This document shows, piece after piece, positions 57,336 through 64,000 of a DNA stretch of 64,000 nucleotides. Source of the DNA: Lama glama. Taxonomy: Eukaryota. The stretch's first letter is position 1. Each line of letters begins with the position of its first letter. A program made the translations under genes and the position numbers. Below the pieces are notes generated by a model. The model was given only the letters and a program-made list of their open reading frames with translations, was not told where the DNA came from and did not search any database. The DNA lies in assembly GCA_028534125.1 (NCBI GenBank), contig CM052817.1, positions 61,878,001 through 61,942,000 of the forward strand, written 5' to 3'.

Positions 57336-58633
57336 TAATATATATGATGCTTAGTGTTCAGTTATCTGTTCCTTTCTCCTGTTTGACTTTGTCATTTCCA
57401 GACTACATTGACTGGGTCCACATAGAGCCTGCCTACCCGGTAACATTATTTCATTTGTTGGCGATGTCCTGGTGCTGTATAAAGACCATCATTTTTCTGC
57501 GTGTGTGTTTGTAAAGCATCGTGACTGTTCTCCGTGGCAAACTCACATATAGCGTTCTCTCTCTGCGACGAGGGGAAAGATAGGCACCTGAAGGATAGGG
57601 TTTCCTGTACACAGAGGTGGTACAGGTTGACCTCGTTGAGATGCCTGGCTGTGCTGGGGCCCTTGGTTAATGAGGATGATGCGATCCCGTGGGAGCAGAC
57701 ACGTTCAGCTTGGCTCTGAGTGTGTCATGGCGAGACCTAAGCAGGTCCGATGAGGAGATGAGCTGGGCTGGCCTTGCCTTTCCTGCGCCTCCTCCACCCG
57801 CCCAGGCCTACAGAGCCCGGCAGCCCTCAGAGGAGTGGAACCTTCAGGGAAGAGTTTGAAGCATCCCCAGGAAGAAATGCACCAAAGCCAGTGCAGACAA
57901 ATGGACAGAACACTGTATAAGCTAATTCTTCAATGTTAAGAAATTTAAAAATAACCTTTGGTTCATTGGTTTTGTGGCTAGCTACTGAAATGCTAAATAA
58001 TACATATGTTTTCCAGTGAGCTGGGCAGAAAACTTTATGAGATGCTGGAGTTATATAATTTTGAAGGTAGTTATGGGCATTAATATTACTCAGAGTCCCT
58101 TCACTGAGGATTTCTAATGAAGTGAAATTGTGCTTTTCAACAGGAAGGCCAATAATTGAAACCACAGGAGAACACAGGAGAAAGTGGTAGTGAGGCTGTG
58201 CACAGGCCATTAATCTTGTTCAGTGGTACAGCGTGGTGCTATTATGGTGGCAGACAGCTGTGGTTTAGCAATAACCATGTTTGTTTGGATAGTATGGAAT
58301 TAGATAAAAGATTTAAACTTATCAAGTCTTATAAACAACTTGGGAGTGTGCAGTGGAATCCAGACTCCCTGCATATTTTTGTATTTGTTTAATCTGACTT
58401 CAAAGACACCCTTCCACAATCAGCAAAGACACCTGCTCACTCCTGTCACAAGGAAGACATGAAAATCTGTTTTAGTCATTTGAAATTTGCATGAGAAAAG
58501 AATTTTTATGGAATTTTAGGTCTGCATGGTTTTAAAGGGTACCTTTTAAATATATATTCAGACTTTAGAAACCCAAAACTAAAAAGCCAGTAGCAAGCGC
58601 CACCCTTGCAGATAACACATTTCACCAGTGTAA

Positions 58634-58786
<153 letters not shown>

Positions 58787-58925
58787 CCTGAGGGCAAGAA
58801 GCAGCATCTCTGGAGGAAGCCAGCAGGCACTCTTCTGTGGGTAGGCAGAGCAGGAGATGTTCCAGAAGCAGCCACAGTGCAAGCCTTGAACGCCGTCCCG
58901 CTTCCCAGCAGGCTCGGCTTTACCT

Positions 58926-58933
58926 CTCAGGGA
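58926..58933 (+). promoter_or_regulatory. miR-125-5p 8mer seed match (CTCAGGGA)
   Basis: Exact complement of miR-125 nt 2-8 (CCCUGAG) plus A1. BMPR1B is a reported miR-125b target in human. Confidence 0.7.
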
Positions 58934-59103
58934 GCAGCCTGCAAGGAGAGAAGTTCCCAGAAACACGGATCCATCGTGTCTGTTTGTAGGAGGGAGAAAC
59001 TGCTTGGGTAACTTGTTCAAGATGTGATGCATGTTGCTTTCTAAGAAAGCCCTATATTTTGGGATTGCCTTTTTTTTTTTTAAAGATGCTTTTATTTTGC
59101 CAA

Positions 59104-59109
59104 AATAAA
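59104..59109 (+). terminator. Candidate proximal polyadenylation signal AATAAA
   Basis: AATAAA ~320 nt after the stop, preceded by a T-rich tract (59069-59081). Further AATAAA at 59927-59932 and 60225-60230. Usage not demonstrated. Confidence 0.4.
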
Positions 59110-62100
59110 ACAAATAAGGTAGATGTTTTAAGGTTTATACTATTACAGTTTAAATAATAACAACACAAGTTCTTCCCAGAAGCTCTCCTGGAAGGTAAAT
59201 GCAGCTGTGTGTTGCCATGGGTACATTGTGTTGCGCTCTACCAACCAGAAGACAGTCTGTGAAGGGGGAGAGCAGCGAGTGGGACTCGTCCTGAAAGCCC
59301 CCTGCCCCCGCGCGGCCCGGCCGTGGCCCTGCCCGGGCCGTGTGGACGCACCTGGGTACGGACACCGCCTGGCGGGGCACAGTCTGGGATTCCTGCAGGT
59401 GACCTTCTGCAACTTCAGAGGATGCACAGAACAAATGAAGGTTTTATGTGACTCTATTAGAAGTAAATGTTGACACTAGTCTTCAGAACCACTGTGTGTT
59501 TCTGATTCTGTTAGGCATTTTCTTTCACGCTAAAATCCCTTCCTTTTCAGTAAATGCAAACAAAGCTGTTCTTATGCGCGGAGAAGTGGCCCATGCATGC
59601 TCTTGATAACGCAAGTGAAAGGATCAGTATTAAGTAAAATGGCCGTCAGGTGTGTGGAAGACAAGGTGCTTAAAAAAGAGAATTTGCTCTTGCGCTATAA
59701 GATGTGTCAGAAAGGTAGGGGTTGAGGGTGGAGGTGCAAATGCCTTGTTTCTTAAATACTCAGATGAGCCCTTCTCAGAAGCACCAGGGAAAAGTTGGCA
59801 CACCTTACCGTGCACAGATAGAGATGGCTTCTTTTTGTTACCATCTGCCTTCTGCGTGTCTAAGTTAAGGGAAGGAGGAAACATATGTCAGGTTAATTTA
59901 ACTACATTTTAATTTAAAGATAGATAAATAAACCCTCTGGGAGAGGAGAGGGATGCTAGTGGAGGCCACAAAATATTATGGCTGCTGTGATCTGTTATCC
60001 TAGGGTAGGTATGGATCGAGTATGTACATCTGTGATAATTTCACATCTTAGGAATGCTGGCTGTTTATTTTATTCTCATGATGTTCAGTTCACTTTTTAA
60101 TTTATTATTTTTTCTTCTCTGTGGCACTGGTGCCAAACATCTCTTCACCTATTCAGTTCTGTGGGGTTGGACCTTTTGAGCAAAGTTGAGTCATGTCATT
60201 GACAGGGCCAGTATTCCTTAGCATAATAAAGCTTAAAATTGTATATACATCCCTTTCAACTTCATTTAATCCCTGGCTGTGGTTTTCTTTTCCATAGAAA
60301 TTCTGTAGTGTTTAGTAAAGAACTGGGAAGTACCTCCTCTCGCCCCTTAAAAAAAACAAAACAAGATCGTACCTACCAGAATACTCCAGAGGGCAGTGTT
60401 TTATAACACATTTTCATGTCACCACTTGGTGGCTGAAAGGTGGAGGGTTTTTGAAAATGTGACAGCTGCATGAAACGTGGGGCCTTCTTCCTCACTTCTG
60501 AAGTGGGCCTGCAGCTGGTGACAGGCTCCTCCAGGAAGCATCCAAGGGCAGAGACTGGCTGTGAGCTGTGCTTACGGTTTGGAAAAGCATCAGGAGAAAT
60601 AGTGTCCTGCATTCAGCATTCACTTCCCAGTGCTTCATAACCATGTCTCCTTGTGTAACAGAGTATTTTCTTAATCCTTGAATATGAAAAAGTTTCTCTT
60701 TTTTCACAGCTTAAGAACAGTTGGTTCCAAATATAATTGTAATCAGAATGCTGCCTTTACTGATATTAAGATAACCTGAATAGCGGTGTAAAGGTTCCTT
60801 TCTCTTGTGTTAAATCGTGTTCTTTGTGGTAGCTGAGGAGGGGTATGGGCTAGAGCTACGTGTGCTAATCATCTGAGCCCAGGGGAGAAACTTCAGTGCC
60901 TCTAATCAGGTCATCTGCAAACAAATAAGTGAACATTTAAGTTTTTGTTTCTTGACTTTCCCTAAATTTAAGTGATGTTGGGCTTACGTCTTAGGTAAAA
61001 ATGTTTTCTGTGTTTGGTGAGCTCTTATACATGGATAACTTCAAATCAGAATATGTTGTAGGGAAGTGATGATGTGAAAGTAAACTAGATTTCTTAGGGA
61101 GGTGTTGATTCCTGTGAAGAAGGCTAAGAAATTAAAATAGAATCCAAGTTTCCTGTATTATTTGTTTGCTTTAGAAAAAATGGATAGCTCACTTTCTAAT
61201 CCACAACCCGACTGACTCACTACGAACATTTAAAAATTATTCCTGATACTTAAAAAGGCCCATTTAGTTATTATAGTCTTTCAATGAGAGAAGAATTTAT
61301 TTATGAATAGATTTTTCTTTGTATCTTACCAAAATCCACCTTGCTTAGGGAATATTAAATAGTTCTTAAAGAGACTACCTACTTCCAAATAATTCATTTC
61401 GATTTTTAAATTTCTGGTAGCTCAGAGCGAATTTTATTTTATTTTTTTGTTCTGTCTTTCAGTAAACTCATGGAAACCTGGAAATAATGTAGTTGATTGC
61501 TTATTTTCAGGATGATTTCAAAGACTAAGATTTTCTTCTAATCGCTTCCCTGCAAAGGAATCCTAAAATATTACCTGTTAGCTAATATAAGTTTTGTATG
61601 CTAAGATGTTTGGGTTTATAGTTTTTGTATGTGTGTATATATTATATAAATATATATGTATATATAAATATTATGTTCAGTTCAGTTTGGAGTCTGGCAC
61701 AACTCCATCATGTGGATTAGAGAGTAAAGTATTATGGATGATAAAGTACTAAATGAAACATAATATTTATTTATAAAAGGGTGTGGATTGTTCATCACAG
61801 GCGACAGTGCTATGAACACTGTGAGGAGACAGGCCTTTGACCTCCTAGAAAGCACCGCTCAAAAGTCATTAGTGACTGTTCTTTTTATTCTCAAAACAAA
61901 GCTTCTTGGAAAGCGTACTAAGATTTTATGTACAGGGGATTCTCTGACACATTTCAGTTGCTGTGTAGCCAGGTAGAGCAAGTGCTGGGTAATGACCGAT
62001 TTTCACGTTCCCGGGGTCACGCACAGTCATCACGAGTTAGTGTCCTGTGCTTTGGTCTGTTCTGGTTCTTCCTTGTTTGTAGGTGGAAAGGCGCTGAAAG

Positions 62101-62447
62101 AAGTCCAGTTTTTTAAACTTGAATAATTCTGTCATTACATCTCCTTAGAAAACTTAGTCACATCGCAGTGGAAATGAAAGAAGTGGCATCAGAAGTGGCT
62201 TAATTTAGCAGCTGTGATTCCTTTTGTAAAACAAAACAGAAAAACAATGCCACATTTCTTGGAGAACAGTTAGAATATATAAGGGATTTTGTTGTCTGTC
62301 TGTTTCAAAAGAAGACTCACTTGTGTTCTTTTGGGGAACCAGTGCCTTACTGAGTTTGTATTGTATATACTGTAATTATTCAGGACTAGGGAACAAACAG
62401 TTGTATTTGTTACAAATTGTATATGGCTTTGTTCTAACATTCCCCCC

Positions 62448-62453
62448 AATAAA
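62448..62453 (+). terminator. Distal polyadenylation signal AATAAA
   Basis: AATAAA with upstream TGTA (CFIm-type) motifs at 62357-62421 and downstream gtctgtt...cttttttt. Confidence 0.75.
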
Positions 62454-62744
62454 ACGGTTTCATTCTCGCCTTGGAAAGAACAAGTCTGTTACAGTTGGGC
62501 CTTTTTTTCCTCTTCAAAAATAGGCGGGAAAGGCAGCCGAGGAGAGCGGTGCCGGTAAGTCTGTACCTTTGGTGGCAGGAGAGCAAGACAGAAGGTCCAA
62601 GGGCTCTGGTTCTGTCTGGTTCGGAGGCACAGTTGTCTGTGGGAGAGAGGAAAGGTGGAGAAGTCGGTGGTCTGACAGGAGTGACAAGGTTTACAATTGC
62701 GTTGTGGGCGATCACAGAGGGATGGTGGCCACGCCAGGGGTGCT

Positions 62745-62970
62745 AACTGCATGGCTCAGTGGCTGAGCTGTGGCCTCTGGACCCTCAGACAGCCGCGTGA
62801 GTCCAGGCGTGCTCATCTGCTCGGTTCTGTGACGGTGGGTGTGTCTTGACCTCTTGGCTCAATTTCTTTCCCTTGCAGATAAGAAGATACCTCTCTCTGC
62901 TGTGTGCGGCGGTTCTGAAGAGGAAGTGAAATGATCCATGTGCCAAGCATGAGGTAAGCGCTCGACTACT
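62745..62970 (+). mobile_element. MIR SINE downstream of the gene
   Basis: tgtgacggtgggtgtgtcttgacctcttggctcaatttc...gtgaaatgatccatgtgccaagcat...taagcgctc. Confidence 0.55.
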
Positions 62971-64000
62971 ACTGAATAGTAGCTGTTACTACAGACTCCT
63001 TGTGACACTCTTTGCAAAGCTTTATGACTTAACTTTTTCATCAGTGACCCAAAACAGGCGTGGAGACTGTGGCCTGGGTTCATTTAGGGGAGGCGCAAGG
63101 CGTCAGGCCCAGGCAGCAAGGGTCATGGGAGATCAGAATTACCACCCTTGGGGGTGGCTCACATGGTCCAGGGGTGGGAGGTGATGAAAGAGAAGGCAGC
63201 TGATAGGCTGAAAGAAGCAGGTCAAAGGACAGGGAGCTGCGCCGGGGTGGAGGGGGTGGGGGGGTTGTGGGCACAGTTCCTGGGAAGGGGGCTGTGTTCA
63301 GAGGCAAGACTCCAAAGATGGAGCAGCCGGACTGAGGACAGGCTGAAGGTGTGACTAGAGGGGTAGGCGGATTTAGTTAGCAGACAAGATTGTTGGTGAT
63401 GAAAGAGCAAGCCAAATACCAGGCCTGCAGATCTGTCTCTGGATTTTGAAGCCTCCGGGGATGGCGGCAGTCCAGTGGCGAGAAGGTTGCGAGGTGAGAT
63501 TCTCCAGGGCTGCAGAAGCAGCGGGGTGGAAGCGGAGACAGGCCGGTGGGGCCTGCCGGCCTGACGTACGGGGGAGCAGGGCCCCGTGCATGGGCGGCGA
63601 CCTGGAAGCAGCCCAACAGTATGGGAGAGACCCTGTCCCCCCGCAGCTATGAGGTCCCTGGGCTGTGGGACCACGCGGGTGTTGCTGGGGTTTCTGAGCC
63701 AGCGCCCGAGAAGAGAAGACCCTCTGCGGGGAGAGGGGGAAAGTGTTAGACTGTTTTTCCGGGGACTGGACCTCCTGGAGGGCCGAGTGGAAAGCGTGGT
63801 TTGGAGGGCATCCTTGGGAGGCGGGTGAGGAGAGAGGGAACCCAGCACGGGATGGGCACGGACAGCACAGGAAAGCGTGCATCTCAGCTACCAGGGGCTC
63901 CCGGGTTTTTGTGTGATTGGCCGTGTTTAGGCAGCTGCACTTTTGCCCAGAGAATTCGTCCCAGCATTAGGACTCAAGATTTTACTCCCACCCGTGGTTT

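Larger units (their letters stand above)
58787..62475 (+). other. BMPR1B: BMPR1B long 3'UTR (~3.7 kb)
   Basis: Repeat-poor, AU-rich sequence after the stop codon. It ends at an AATAAA preceded by several TGTA motifs and followed by a GT/T-rich tract. The cleavage site is estimated. Confidence 0.75.

Noticed and set aside
63222..63882. Longest ORFs in the track (208 aa and 169 aa, minus strand)
   Set aside because: Low-complexity Pro/Arg/Ser-rich translations overlapping in several frames, as expected from stop-poor GC-rich DNA. No recognisable domain and non-ATG starts.

Overview
Mammalian genomic DNA containing the complete coding region of BMPR1B (ALK6, BMP receptor type IB) on the + strand. 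There are 10 coding exons from ATG 14251 to TGA 58784-58786, all with GT-AG introns. They sum to 1509 nt (502 aa plus stop) with every receptor and kinase motif intact. A ~3.7 kb 3'UTR ends at a distal AATAAA (62448). The promoter and 5' exons lie outside the window. Introns contain ordinary mammalian repeats (L1, L2, MIR, MER5, MaLR/ERV LTRs), some nested and with readable target-site duplications. I saw no Alu, B1/B2, Bov-A/Bov-B, PRE-1 or Can-SINE copies, and one young L1 resembles camelid L1s, so a camelid or related laurasiatherian source is a tentative inference. I found no evidence of a new biological system. The most notable oddities are a perfect 120-bp tandem duplication, an in-frame cryptic splice acceptor that looks stronger than the canonical one before coding exon 9, a sharply GC/CpG-enriched coding exon 8 (possible biased gene conversion), and a dense miRNA/Pumilio motif cluster next to the distal poly(A) site. 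Repeat boundaries and subfamily names are by eye and approximate.
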